A DNA stretch of 64,000 nucleotides from Amoebophrya sp. A120 (taxonomy: Eukaryota; Protista; Dinoflagellata): the NCBI GenBank assembly GCA_905178155.1, contig CAJINV010000018.1, forward strand, positions 192,479 through 256,478, read 5' to 3'. Both the position numbers and the translations under genes were made by a program. Under the pieces are notes generated by a model. It worked only from the letters and a program-made list of their open reading frames with translations. It searched no databases and was not told where the DNA came from. The stretch's first letter is position 1; each line of letters opens with the position of its first letter. This document shows positions 12,901 through 27,900 of this stretch, one piece after another.

Positions 12901-15900
12901 GGTCGGCCGCCTTTTTGTACTCGTCACTCTGCTTGGTGAGCTTCAGCTCGAACCTCTTTAACTCTTCGATCAGTTTGTTCTGGCGGGTGGTGATCACGTC
13001 CAGCAAGAGTCGGTGCGGCGAGAACAGGTTCCACTGCTTCGCGGACTCCTCCTTGTTGGGAAGAAAAGACAGGAAGTTCATGTTCGTCCAATCGAGCACG
13101 TAGGCCACTTCCTGCGTCTTCACCTTCTCCATGAAAAATCTCGAGAAGTACACGGAAGACAAGGTCTCGAACAAACTGCTGAGGAATGGGATGTTGTCCA
13201 TGGAAAGCTTGTCCCCGTCCACATCTTCTGGGTTCAAGGCGGCTGATTTTTCCAGTAAGTGGAGCACGTACTTCATCAACTCTTCGTTCTCCACAATCCG
13301 GGCCGCCCGGTTCGCGATTTCCTGCCCATCGGAGATTTGTTCAATGAACTTCTTGCGGGACAAGTCGTACGGGTCAGTTATTTTGCCTTGGTCCGCTGCA
13401 CTCGACGCTCCCTTCTGTAAGACTTCCAAAACTTCTGCGTTCGTGCCTCTGTCTTCGCCGGTTTCCGCGATCAAATTGATGTTCGCTCGGGATTCGTGGA
13501 GACGTCGGACCAAATCCGTTGCTAATTGCAATAATTCGGCCAGGAACTCAAGTGATTCGACATACACCACGTGCTTCTTCGTCGTCGTAAACTTCGCACG
13601 CCACACAGCCTCCGCCACCCACGCTTGCGGGCGGTGGTGCACCGGGTAGGCGGAGCTCCGACTTGGTGCGCCGCCGGCGACGTAATTTGCTGGCACGGAG
13701 GAGGAAACGGCATTGATATTATCCGGTGCAACAACTAGAGCCTTTTTCTCCATAAACACCGTCGGCAACACCGAACCGGCCCCAACAGAGCTTGTGATCG
13801 AGTCATAATCGCCAAGCAGCAAGTTGCGCTTCGTCATCGCGAATCTCCTGCGCAGGCACTGCACAGCCCCCCAGAACCCTCTTCGCATCAAAGCCTTGTG
13901 CCCTCCATATAGCGAACGAGCGGTTGCCAAATTGTTCCAGTTCTCCAAGCGCCCCGGCCCGGCATTTTTTTTGTAGTCTTCATCTTTGAAATCGTGATTG
14001 TCGAAGTCCTGGCCGAACAGTGCGGAGCATTCCTTTTTAGAAGGTTGGGAAGAGGCAGCAGCCACTCTTGGTTCGTTGTCAATCATTTCGCCGACGATCT
14101 GTGCCGTTTCTGCTTTGTTCCCCTGCGAATGTGCGTCCGAGCTGATCCAGTTTTCCTCCACAGTCTGTAGGCTCAACAGTGGCGCTTCTGCTCGCAAGTA
14201 CCAGTCCAAATCGGACAAGGACACAATGAAATCAGACAAGGAATTCTCAATCGCGTTGAAGTTTTCGGCCTGCTGTTCCAATTTCTGCTTACTCTCTCGG
14301 CTGATCGAGTGGTCAATCGCGTCTTCTGACCCTTCCGGCGGGAATTGTTGACCACCACCTGCTCCCTGGGCGGGAGATACAGATACCTTTCTGTAGTGCG
14401 TCACCACCGGGTAGGGTTTAGCCTGCTTGTCATCTCCTGAATTACCGTCCGAGCCTGTTCCTGCTTTCGCGGCCGTTCCGGAGCTGTCTTTCAGGAAACC
14501 TGTATCATCCCCGAACATGTGCAGCTGCTTCAAGTACTGCTGCACACGACGCGAAATCGTCTGTGTTTGCTGCAAGCAAGCCAAATACAGCGACTTCAGC
14601 TTCTGCTTCACGGAAGTTGTTGTACTACTAGTAGCCATCAACACCTGGCTCCTCCTCTCGTCGAGTAGTCCCTGTTTCAGCATCGAAACGAACAGTGGCA
14701 GTGCCCGCTTCTTCAGCTGCCGGTCGATTTTCGATGCGAGTAAAGTGTACTTTTGCCGCTCGCGGAGGAGTTTCTGCCGCGCTTCCTCGTAAGCACTAGA
14801 GAACGCGGACTCGTCGTCCGCCTGCCAGTACTTCCGTGTTTCTTGATTCGTGACGATCTTCTCCTTAACCTCGATCAAGTCGAACAGTTTTCCGTACAGA
14901 TTCTTCATCTCTGCTGAGTTCATTTCCACACGGAGTTTAATCATCGCGGACTTCAGCTTCGGAATGAAGTTCTGGTGCGACCGAATGGCTTCGCCGCCTT
15001 CAATCGACTGTTGCTGCTCCTTGCGGATCGTGATTTGCGACGGATTTTCGTTTTCATTGACCTTGCTCCAGTTATTTAATGCGTTGATCGCCTTGTCCCT
15101 GTTGGTGTTTTCTGCCAGTTCAGCCTGTAATTGTTCCTCTGTTGCGATGATTTTCTGATTGTAGCTGTCATCAGCAACGAGCAAGACTGACCGCAAGAAC
15201 GAAGACGCAAAGATCTCTGCGAAGCCCAGGAAGGATTTCGTAAAGTCGACTTTCTTGCCTTGTTCTATCAAATGTAAAAACGTCGCGTCGTCGCCCGGGA
15301 CCCCAGACTCAAGATGGGCATAATTTTGTTGCTAAAGACAGCAAATTTTGGCTGTTGATGCGCATGACAACTCTGGTCATGTTTAGATGGCGAAGCCGCG
15401 TCACAAACCGATCACCTTAATATCCTGGTTCTAGCATGACAAACTCCCAGATAGAGTAATTAGAAAACGCCTCTCAAGATGAACATTATAGTGTTTGCGC
15501 GTGAGAAACATTTTGGGCATGCAGAGTTTTGCAAGGCAAATCTGGGTTGGACACAGACACCACGTTTTTCCGCACGATATCCTCTAGGTTTTCCATATCC
15601 TGCCGGTTGGCCAGCCCGTCGACAATGTCGAAGCGTTTCAAAGTATGCAGCATTCTTTCCGGCGCACCTTCCCGAGGCTGCAGAGAGGTGGGCTGAACGA
15701 ACTTCGCTTCCTGAACTCCATCGTGGATATCGACCCTGTACGGGGATAGAATATCCTCCAGCGATTTGCCGCTTTCAAAGAACTTCGTTTTGCTGTTGCC
15801 AGAAGCCGTAGTTGTAGCGGCATACCACCCGAGGATGTGTTTCAGAGGGGAACTAAGCGCAAACGCGTTTACCAAGCAGCTGCTGTAGCTCGTGCTTTCC

Positions 15901-18900
15901 TGGTTCAATTCCAAAACTGGTGTGACGAAAATCGGGGTTCTCAAAATCTCCGTGCTGTCAGATGGTAGTTTCGAAAACACGGCATTTTCATCCTCTGTCA
16001 TCAGCATCTCGTCGACCCCTTGCTTCAGCTTCAGCCAAGCCTGACGCAGGGCGTTGTGCCGGATCGCAGAAATCCGTTTTTTTGTATTTTCAAAAGAGTT
16101 CGCGGGCACAATGCCGAGCTCCTGCTTTTCCAAAATTTTCTGGTCGATCATCGTTGCGAAGGTCTGGTCCTTCCCGACGCCCTCCAGTCCAAAGTTCGGC
16201 CCGAGCAGGGACACATGCTCTACTACCGCTTTTAGCATTTTCTGAACGCCATCGGCGGAGAGGGTTGCTTGCTCTTGCTTGGTATGGATTGCAAATATGT
16301 CTGGGTCTGGGAAGTTGCGAGATTTGTCATGCTAGTCTGGCATGACTCTTAACTCTGTGTTGCGTCACCGCAAAGAGCGCCTCTTGCTTGTCATGCAAAA
16401 AGTCAGTTGCTCATGCGGAGTACGCAACTGAGAACCACGGAAAAACTTGTCATGCTTGGCAGCGCATTACAGTCTGCTCACTATTCCTCTTCTTACATCC
16501 CAAGTTTCCAGACCCAGACATATTCGCATTTGATACTTGGTTTGCTCCAGCTGCTGCAACTGTTCTCTCGTCGTTGGCACGTCGGTCATCTCAGTTTCTT
16601 CCGGATAATCGACGTCTTTGTCGCCAAAACTGCTCTGCGCACCATGTACAAAAATGTTCACGAGCCAAATCTGCTCGAGAAGCAGTGCCGCCAGTCGCGC
16701 CTTGCTGGATTCCACGTGGTTGGTCTGTAAGTGCTTCAGGAGCTTTTGAATGTTGCTCCAAGCGGGCGTGTTCTCTTCGTAGGGGGAAATCTTTGGCTCG
16801 AGCAGGTATTCCTTGACGCATCGTTCTCGTATCAGGCGAAAACACTTAGCCGGATCGGTCAAATGCTTGGTCTTGTGCTCATCCTCCGGATCCAGACGGT
16901 CCGCTTGTGGGAAGAAATATTCCTCTAAGTCGGCACGGCAAACGGAATAGACAAAGGGGAGCTGAGGGACGAGATTTTCAACATTCAGTCCCCCGGCCGC
17001 TCCATCGGTTCCCGCCGTGAATTGCACAGCTTTGCTGATAATCCTCCGACTGGTTCTCTCACTAACCGCTTTGGTCACTCGCTTCTCGTAAGCAGCCGCT
17101 TTCCGCCTTTGTCTTGCTAAGAATTCAATCAGCAATTTCCTCTTTTCGAACAAAGATTTCATTGCCGATCGCTTCTTCTGCATGACGCGCTCCAGCTTTT
17201 TCCGTTTTTTCATATCCCCCGTGTTCATGTCCGTTTGGACCTGTTGCTCCGCCGTCTCTTCTATCAAATGCAAAAGTGTCCGGGTCTGGAAGGTTGGAAC
17301 TTGTGATGCTAACTTTGGACTCGAAAAAAATCTGTATTGCATGACCAGCAAGAGGCGTCTCGTTTGTGCTACGCGGCGAGGGCGTTTGTCATGCTGCGTA
17401 GGCATCAGGAAGGGTTCTAAAAGTCTGTGATGGTAGGGCATGCATCACACACAATCCTGGGTCATGCAAAACATGCATGACAAGTCTCAGAATCTTCCAG
17501 ACCCAGACATTTTTACAATCCATATCTTCCTGTTGCGACTCCTTCTGTGACTGTTGCTGCGCCATCTGCTGCGCTTTCGCCGCGATGTTTTGCGCGACGA
17601 CGTCTAACACCACCTGCTTCGAAGCCTGCATCTCAAAGTCCCACTCGTCCGCCTTCTGCAGGGACTTCTCCACGTGCGCCTGAGCGTTCTCCAATCGAAT
17701 CGCTAGCACTTCGTTGACTCGGCCCTGCACCTGCTGGTTGGCGCGCATCGTCATCTTCATCTTTTTTCCAAACTGCTCGGCGGCACGCAATCCCTCTTCG
17801 ACGGCATATGCGTGGTTCTTGAAGGATTGGAATTGCTGCGACTCCGCGAACACGTGGTGCGCAACCGCGGCCTGTTCCGCCGCGTTGTTCAGGGACCGTT
17901 CCGCGTCCTTTTTCTTCTTGTCGTTCTCCTCCACTTTTCCCTGCAGCTTATCCATTTCGACGTTCTGCGCCTGGATCTCCTTGGCTAACGCGGCAACCTC
18001 ATTGAGGAGTTCATCCATCAGCTCCATCTGCTCGTCCATCGCGTTTTGCAGGGCGTTCTGGTGCTCCGCATCTCTCTGCTTCGATTCGTCCTGCTGCTTC
18101 TGCTGATCGTGCGGCATCTGGTGTTCCTTTGCCCGCTCGCGCTTGTGGTTTCGTTGCTTGCCCTTCAGCATCATACGGGACTTCCGGATCTGCTTGTTGT
18201 GCATGTTCTTTTCCGGAATGTCGGGATCTCTCGGCGTCGGTGGCGGCCGGTATTCGCGCTTCATAATCGCAATCGGCTGGTCACCACCGCCTATGGATTG
18301 TAAAAGTGTCTGGGTCTGGAAACTTGTGATGCTGGGTGGCGTATCATGAGGAGGCCGCAAGTGCTGGCTCAGCATGACAAGTTTCGGAGGTTCTAGGTGC
18401 TGCCTATTCTGCATGACAAACTGCGTTTCTGCATGACAGAAAAATGGCGCTCCTGGGTAATGTGCATGACAAATTTAAGAGTCACGTGAGACAAGCATGA
18501 CAAACTTGCATTCTTCCAGACCTAGACATTTTTGCACTTGATACCGCCCTGCTCGCAAACACCGGCGGTGTCTCCGCCCCCGCCGGAACCGCCGAAGGCG
18601 TTGTTGAAAAACTCGCCGATGCGGCCAAAGACACCGCCACCGCTGGAATGCGTTTTCCAGGCGGATTTCTTAATTCCCTCAGCGCCGTTCTGCGGGATCC
18701 CCGCGGCTTTCGCGATGTGGTCCGGCTTGTCCGAAGCGGAAAAGATGACGCAGTGCTGTTCCGGGATGGAAGCGCCGATGTCTACCGGGTAGGCGTTATC
18801 AACTGCAAAAGTGTCACGGTCTGGAAGAGTGCCAGACTTGTCATGCAGGTTTTCCATGACCCATGAGCTCGTCTCGTATGCAGGACATAGCATAACAGAT

Positions 18901-21900
18901 TCTGTGAGAGTTCTATCATGCCTATCCTGCATGAGAAACTGCCTCTCGATTAGGTCAAAAGTGGCCAGCTTTTGGTAATCATGCAACACAGATTTTTACA
19001 TGATTCAGATTTAGCAAGACAAGTTGCTTCGTTCCAGACCCAGACATTTTTGCATTTGATACGCGTTGTAGGTCTCGTATTTGTCTTCTCGGATCATCCA
19101 CTTGACAAAACCGGTGACTGCCCGGATGAGAATCGACGCAAATGACCACGGACTGGTCACGACGGACGCGATGTATCATGTTGAAAAACGTCCCCACCCC
19201 AGAGTCAAGATGGTGATTTTTCTACACAAATCAACAAGCAGCTTTGGCTGTTTCGCATGACAAGCTGAGACTCGTAGTGTAGTGCTGTTCGAGGTAGTGC
19301 AGCCGCATGACAAATCGACTACCTTATCCTGAGTCCAGCATCACAAACTTCCAGATAGCATGAGAAACTGCCTCTTATGGGGCTGCGCATGAGAAACACT
19401 TGAGGCATGCTATTTTGCATGACAAGTCTGGGGTGGGGACGTTTTCACAAATGATACGATGAGGGTTTTAATCAGGCCCCACACGTCAAAGCTGCCCGGC
19501 ATGTCGATCCACATACTGGACTCGGAGTCTTTCAGCGCCTCGAAATCGAACTGCAGGGCATAGTGGTAGCCGTAATCGTCGGACATTTCCCTCTCCGTCA
19601 TGGTCAATCCGTACTTGCCACTGTTCCCCGACAATCGGATTCCATCGAAGCCGTCGGACAAAGGCGAGCAGTCCCCGCCAAAGCCCATGAAGTGCTGCTC
19701 CTTCGGATCCAAGGAGTCCGCCGGTTGGTAGCCCGCGTTGTCGTCTTTTCGCGTCTCAGCGGGCCAGTGGACCTTGTGGTGATAGTCGGGAAGGACAGCG
19801 AGGTTCGCGTCGCGACCCACCATGGTGAACTCCTGCCGTTCCGCGATGTCGGTCCGCGTTTCCTGATTCGAGTCGCTGTTTTCGTTCTGTTTTTGGCGCT
19901 CTTCTCGGTCCTCGGTCGACAGCAGCGTTCTCTTCTGCCGTTGAGTCTGTCTCGCCTCTGGCTGCGCGTCGTCGCCAAATGTCTCCTCGTTTTCCCCGTC
20001 TTTTTCCACCACCAGTCTGAAAGACCCGGGAGTCCCGCCCTCTCCGCGGAAGCCTGCGGCACCGGGCAACCCTGGCCACTCGCCCTCCGCACCGAAGCTT
20101 CCTTGCGCGATCGTCGCGGCGAAATCGCGGGCGGTCTTTCCGCGAGTGCCCGTTCGGGACAACTGCCGGTCGAGCTGCTGTGCGAGGTCAATCGTCAAGA
20201 ATATTTCGGAGACGATGGCGCCGCCAAAAATCCAATTTTCCAAGCCGAGGAGCTTACCGAGCCACTCCCGCGACTTCGCGTCGTGCTTCACCCAGTAGTT
20301 GTGCAAAAATTTCGACCCGGAAACCCCGTTCGCGCCGTCCGATTGCGCGCCGTTGTCCCCGATACCGCCGATCTGTCCGCCGGTGCCGCGACCACCTTCC
20401 ACGTTGATGGAGAGAAGCCTTGCTAACTCCACGTAGGGGACGCCCTCGTGGAGCATCTTCACCCGGTCTTCGGATAGATTTTCCGGTTTCTGCAGGTCTT
20501 TGAACGATGGTTCATACGGAGCCCTGTTCCGCCAGGACCGGCCTCCCGCCCTGACCCGGATCAGGTGGTGGCCGGCGTGCTGACCGGGAATGCCGTCCAA
20601 ACCATGCCCACCCTGCAGTCCGGCTGGAGTCCCCGTCGCCTCGCCCTTGCGCATGTCAATACCGGCGGTGGAGCGGACGAACTGCACGGAGTACTGCCAC
20701 CGCGCGAGATCGCTGTCCCCCGTGTAGTCGTTCGACTCGTCTTCCTGCCGTTTCGCCTCGTCCTGCTCTTCCTTCCTTCTCTCGTCCTCGGACAGATTTT
20801 TCTGCCTCTCGGTCTCGCGATCCCGCTTGTTCATCGCCAGTCGTTCCAGGTCGATCTTCCCCTTCTCCTTGTGGAACTCATCAGTATGCGTCCCCCCCTC
20901 CCTGAAGTCCCGGACCGTGGTCGCGACGGCCAACCGCTCATCTCGGCCGGCCCTCCGCTTTTGCAGCAGCGCCTCCGCTTGCCTCTTCGTCGTGTCCCCC
21001 TCGATCATCATGGGCGCCTCGTTCGGCATCGCGAAAAACGGGGAACCGGCCGCCCACTTGTTTGGCTTGTTGTTGATCACCTCGGTCCCGTGCCCGTCTG
21101 ACCAGGAAAACTTCCACACATTGTCCGGCTTCATGAACGAGGGGTCATACAGTGCAACGTTGGCCGGGTTCGTTGGGCTGTAGGACTCCGGCTCGACGGC
21201 CTTGAGCTGACGGAGAGAGTATTTGTACCACTCATTCTTGTCCCTCGGCTGGCGATCCTGCTCGAGTTCATAAGCGTTCTTGTCCGCCCCGTCGTCGACT
21301 GCATCCTCGCGGTCTTTGTTTTTCGACTTACTCGGCCGGTGCACGAACTCATCCCTGATTCCATACAGTTCCCGGAACTGCTGTTTTACCACTTGGTACT
21401 CCTTCAGTGGCCGCATCTCCTCCTTCACGGGCAGGGCGCGCGTGTAGTCGTAGCGCCGGTACTGTAAGTGGTCGACTCGCCTGCGCCCCGCGGTGGAGAT
21501 GGTAACGGGGAGTAAATCAAAATACAAATCTCGTCCGTTGTTCCAGCCGTTGAGAACCGCGCCCTGGGAGCCGTTGGGCCTGGAGAGCTTGTCGAGCGCC
21601 ATCTTCTTCGTGGGCTCATCATTCGCACCTTCCGCGTCGAGTACTTTCTCCGGAGTTTTGTACCCAAAACCCTCCGCGTAACGCCAGTAGTCCGCGATGT
21701 CGTGCGTGCTGTCACAAGGCGCCCGCTCCCCGTGCACATGCCCGGTTTTCGGCCGGTTTTTGCAGTCTTCGCAGCCGAAAAGCTTCTTCGCGCCGTTGAC
21801 GACCGTTTTCCCGAACTTGCAGAAACCAATCAGAGCGTCGTCCAGTTGGTCTGTGTCCCGCGCTTCTGCGCCCCGCTGTGGTGCACTTTGTCTTTTCTTT

Positions 21901-24900
21901 TCCTCTTGCGCCGCTATTTTCGAAGCTTCATGTCGGAAGGCAAACGCTTGCTCACGGCTTAAAGTGCCGCAGTGGTGCAGCATCCGGTTGTAGAAGTTGC
22001 AGCCAGGAGACGGCGAGGAGCGCCACCGATCCAGTGGATCCCGGGTCTCGTACGTCAAGTTGTTCACTTGTGGCCCTTCAGTCGGTCTGGTAACACTCAT
22101 GTCGCAGTCGCACATCTGGTTCTCGTTCCAAGACTATCAAAAGGAAAAATCCCCCCTCCCCATATCAAAACGGAATTTCTGGCGCTGGATTTGTGTACAC
22201 AAATCAGCTTTGTATTGCAGGAAGGGATGGCCGCCAGATCCCCAGGCGAGGTAGGGGCGTATGGGTCTAGTTGTTCAGCATTGCAAACGGTTCTGCTTTA
22301 GGCCCAACAGCATGGCAAATCGCTTCCATAATGGGGCGGAAGCTTCTGCCCTTGTCTTCTTGCAAGACAAATGCGATTTGTGGGCTCAAATCAGCAACAC
22401 AAATTTTTGGACACATACCTTTTCGATATGGGCAGGGGGGATTTTTCCCCACAATAAAGACTGCACCCGCTGGAACAGTGGCCACCAGGAGTTCTTCGCA
22501 CGGTAATTCATCCGCGCTGCGAAGGTGTTGGGATCGGGGTTCGCGACGATGCCCGTTTTGTTGTCAATCGGGTAGGTCTATACGTTGCAAATATGTCTGG
22601 TTCTGGAAACTTGTGATGCAAGAAAGGGAATAGTGAACTCAGTATAATGCGCTGCCAAGCATGACAAGTTTTTTTCATGGTTCTGAGTTGCTATTGACTC
22701 CGTATGAGAAACTGCGTTTTTGCATGACAAGGAGGAGGAGCTCTTCTCGGCCATGAAACACAGAGTTCAGAGTCATGCCAGACTAACATGACAAATCTCG
22801 CAATCTCCCAGACCCAGACAATTTTGCATTTGATAAGGTCGGAATCCTCTGGTGCGGCATACCGATCCTGACCCCAGCAACCTTCGCAGCAGTGAAGGAG
22901 ACTCCCGGGATGTGGTCATCCGTGTCGTAATAGAACAATTCGACGTTTTTCACAGTGATGGAAGTCACTAATTCCGCGACAAAGTCGTCCAAATCGATTG
23001 CTGTCGCTTCCAACAATTCCATAAAGTCGAACGTGGAAAATCCGTCCTCACTTTTCTTCTTGGATTTATTCACGCCAAACGGCCGCTCGTTCCAGATCAC
23101 CTTACCGTGGCGCTCCATGGAGAAGTAACGCAAACCTTCGCCGACTTTCCCCTTGCTCAGTTGCTCTTCGTCCTTGGGGTCGATTTCCCCCTCTAGATCC
23201 CACTGAACCCGTTTCTGCATTAGCACGAAGGGACTCAACCCTTTCCCCGCCTCGGCCGAATTCGGATCTTGGAGGACGTGCACGCCCATGCGGAATTTCG
23301 CGTCCGGGTAGGAGGCGAGAAAGTCCGGCGCGTAGGTCACCGGGTATTCCCTAGCGTAGTAAATCATCACCCGCTCCCTCAGCATCTCCTGCGTCCACAT
23401 CGGGAAGCTCTTAAAGCTGAAGCACTGACCCAAAGCCCAGTCCCGGAATCGGTCGTGCCGGGTTTTTGTCCGCTTCTCCTGCTCAGCATCAGCCTTCGCT
23501 TGCGCGTTTAGCTCCTGCAGCTCCTCTTTCTCAAGTTGCGCCGCGCTTCTGTCCTTATGCTGCTGTTTGAACTCATCCCACCAATTGGAAATCGCGTCTT
23601 CGCCTTTTTCCCTAATTTCCATCGGCGGGCCGGTTTCGACCTGCTGCAGATAGGCTTCTCTGCTATCCCGCTTCTTCTTTCGCTCCTCCGCATCGGCTGC
23701 CGCCTTTTTCTCGGCCGATTTCATTTTCGCTTCATCCTCTTCCCAGCTGTTCTCCGCTTCGTCGGAATTCTCTTCCCGGGTTTCCGCCTTCGCGCGGAAA
23801 TGGTACGTGCCCCGCATGGCCCGAGCGGAGTTCAATCGGACGCGCACGATGGTCGTCCAACTACCGTTATCAAATGCAAAAATGTCTGGGTCTGGAACAA
23901 GGCAACTTGTCATGCTAGATCTGAATCATGTAAAAATCTGTGTTGCATGATTACCAAAAGCTGTCCACTTTTGACCTAATCGAGAGGCAGTTTCTCATGC
24001 AGGATAGGCATGATAGAACTAACACAGAATCTGTCATGCTATGTCCTACATGCCAGACCTCATGGGTCATGCAAAATATGCATGACAAACCTCGCAATCT
24101 TCCAGACCCAGACATTTTTACATTTGATAACCGTCGGCTCTCTGATGCGGCACAGCCTCCAGCCACCGCGTGCGCATTCTTCTATGCTGTGCAAAAGTAT
24201 CGTACTAGTATAAATCGCATGATAAATCTCCTCAGCATGAGAAATAGAATTTTTAATGCGGATTTACATTGAGAAAGAAATCTGTAATGCATGACTGCGA
24301 TTACTACGAGTACGATACTTTTGCACAGGATATGCCCGCACCCCCTGTTCGTGGGCACTAGGGTACTCGGCTTTCCCCCCGTTCGGGAAGATGGGCCAGT
24401 TGTCCGCAATTTGCTCGTTCACCTGCCCCTTCCGCAATTTCCCCCAAGCCGCCTCGGAGGAGTCATCGGACACGCGCTCGCGGAGACAGTCGACGTATCG
24501 TGCGTAAAAACGTCCCCGCACCAGAGTCAAGATGGGAAATCTGCTAGACAAATTACCCAGCTTTGGTTGTTTCGCATGGCAAGTTTGTCCTCGTAGTGTA
24601 ATCCTGTAGTTGAAGTAGTTCAGAAGCATCACAGATCTAGCACATCATGCTGATTATAGCATCACAAATTCCAAAACACGACAAGAATATGCTTCTCATG
24701 GGGCTCCGCAGGAGAAACTTTTTTGGCATGCAGATTTTCATGACAACTCTGGGGTGGCGACGTTTTTACACAGGATACGATGATGGATTGGTTCACCTCT
24801 TTGTCCATTTTCTGCAGCACATCTATTACAGTGAAAAGTGCCCGCACCCCTGAAATTGCAAAAATTTGTGATGCGAAGATTCCACATGAAAACTTTTTGT

Positions 24901-27900
24901 CATGCATGAAAGGAGTATGAATCTTTCTGATGCAGAGTCTAGGCGTGTATCGCATCGCTTGCATGACAAGCGCCACTCTTGCTGGAGTCTTTTGCAATAC
25001 AAATTTTTACTAGTCACGATTAGAAGCCTGTGATGCTGATAGATGCAAGAGGGCGAGTGTTTCACGTGGGAAGGTTTGCAATACAAATGCTCCCAAGTTC
25101 GGGGGTGGGGGCATTTTTCATTGGAATAACATCCAGCCGAACTTTGTTGAGTACATCGCTTAACCGCTGATGCCGGAACGGCTGCAAACCAGAGCTTTGC
25201 GGGTCGCGGCCGGAAATCGTGATGACGATCTTTTTGTAGTAATCCCGCAGATTGGTCTCGTGGAAGGTATAATCGTTCGGTGATTCCACATTCGCGTCGT
25301 CATCCTCCCCCTCGGGGTCCACCGCTTCCGCCTTCGCAGCAGCTGCGTGTTTTGCTTGCGCTTTTGTTGTATGAAATGCAAAAAATATGTCTGGGTCTGG
25401 AAGAGTGCCAGACTTGATGTCATGCAGGTTATATTCCATGACCCATGAGGTCTGGCATGTAGGACATAGCGTGACAGACTCTGTGAGAGTTCTATCATGC
25501 CTATCCTGCATGAGAAACTGCCTCTCGTCGATTAGGTGAAAAGTGGATAGCTTTATTTGGCCATCACGCAACACAGATTTTAACATGATTCAGATTTAGC
25601 ATGACAAATTGCTTTGTCCCAGACCCAGACATATTTGCAATGCATATGTTGCGGTGTCCGGGCGGGTCTCGTCGTTTTCGACGTCTTGTTCGTCCGCGTC
25701 AGAAACCAAATGGTCGGCACCACCCAAAGCACTGGACATGGACCTGTGGACTAATTCAGACATGGTGTACCCGAAGAACGTATGAACTGCAAAAGTATCG
25801 CACTAGTATAACTTGCAATACAAATTTGCTCAGCATTACAAATTGAATTTGTAATGCGGGTTTGCCTTAAGAAAAAGATTTGTGATGCATAACTGCAATC
25901 ACTACGAGTACGATATTTTTGCACAGGATAGAACGCACCGCGAAGAACGTCTTCTTCGAACTCTTTCCGTGCTTGATTCAAACGGGACTGCTGCTCCGTC
26001 GTGAGAGGAGGTAGCATTTTCCGCTGCGCTTCTAACCGCTGCCGCGCCGTCATGATTTGCACCATCCCGGACTGCTGCGTAGCGGCAAAAGCGTCCTTCG
26101 CACTGTTGTTTTTCGCGTCCGCTGGCCGGCCATCGTCCTCCTCGGGCTTTTCCTTATTCTCCGTGTCCTCCGTCCCGCCAGCAACCGGCTCACTTGAGGG
26201 TGGGGTAGCGGAGGCCGCGGCGGCGGTGGCCATGTTCACCTTTCCAGCTTTCTTTTTCGGCTTTGCGTCATCCCACTCTTTATTGACCAATTCCCAGGCG
26301 TTTTTCATGGAATTCGGATGGCCGAAGTAGCTGCCCATCCAAACGGTGGGCTTGTAGTACAAATCCCAGAACTTGTCCTCGACCGAGTTGTCGTGCAGCT
26401 GCACTCCGGCCGCTTCTCTGCCGTTGATGTCGGTCACCTTCACGGGCTTTTTTCTCTTGAACTTCTCGGGCGACTTGCCATCCTTGAGAGAAGCCGCCAT
26501 TTCCCGCGTGTCGAGGAAGGGTTTTAGGTAGTCGGAAAAGTATTTCTTGTAGGTCATGACGAGGTCCACCCGGCCGCCAGATTGGTCCGCTACGGAAACG
26601 CCAGACCCCCCGGCCCGCTTCTCCCAGCGTTCCTGAGCCATCTTCAGCACGCGGAACATCAGCCTCGGATCGATACCCTCGAAGAGCGTGAAAGGCGGCC
26701 TCGGGAGCGGCTTGCCTGTGCGCTCAAACTCGGCGATGTAAGCGGGTTTCTCCGGCCGCTGTTTTGGTTGGGTGAACGATTTCGGTTTCTGCCCTGCGTC
26801 CACATCCATTTCTGCCCCTGACGGGACTTCCGAGCTGTCTCCACTGCTGTCAGAACTGCCCTGTTCCCCCGGCCGCTGCTGCGCTTCCGCGGCCTGCGCG
26901 CGTTTCAGCTGGGCTTTCATCTCGGAAAAATCGTCCGCATTGCTGTCCTGCGCGGCCTCGGCTTCCAAGTCCGGCGCCACCTCGGCGCCGTTGTTGAACG
27001 GCTCTGACTTTCGGGCGGAAATCACGCTACCAAACGGGAACCGGTTGGTCTTACGCATCAAATTCGCCTGCGCTCGGTTCTCGGTGCCGTCGGGATTTTT
27101 CACGCGGACGACAAAGTCCGGGTCCATCGGGACTAGGGGTAACACAATGGCTAATTTCTCCAAAAAGAAGTCAAACCAGGTCATACCCGGCGCCTCCTCC
27201 CCCAGCGCCTTCGACGAGCGGGAGACACACCCCCGGTCCGCCGCTGGGTCCATCTTCCGTGCGAAGGCAACGAGCTTCCGAGCTCGGATCTGCTCGTCCT
27301 TCTGCCTTTCCTCGTCAGATTTCCGAGCGTGCTCCAAAACTTCCTTCCGAAGCGCTTCTATCAAATGTAAAAGTGTCTGGGTCTGGAAGATTAGAACTTG
27401 TCATGCTAAATCTGAATGATGCAAAAATCTGTGTTGCGTCAGTTCCAAAAGCTGTCCGCTTTTGACCAAGTTGAGAGGGAGTTTCTCATGCAGGAAAGGC
27501 ATGATAGAGACCTCAAAGAATCTGTCATGCTGGGTCTCGCAACATTCCAGACCTCATGCGTCATGGAAAACCTGCATCACAAATCTTGCATTCTTCCAGA
27601 CCCAGACACTTTTGCATTTGATAGCTTCCAGTTTATCCGCCCGTTCATCGTCGGAAATTGTCTCGTCCTTCAGAATCTGTTCTCGCTTCTTATCCAGATC
27701 CTGCTTCTGCTCCTGGTGCACCGACATGGTATATCAAAATGAAAAATCCCCCCTCCCCCATAGCAAATCGAAAATCTGCGATGCGGGATTTGTGTACACA
27801 AATCATTTTGTCATGCTAGAACTAAAAACATGCGGACTGTAGTGCTGGGTGGCGTGGGAAAGCCTTGCATCATCAGCATGACAGGAGGCAGCTGGAAGGG

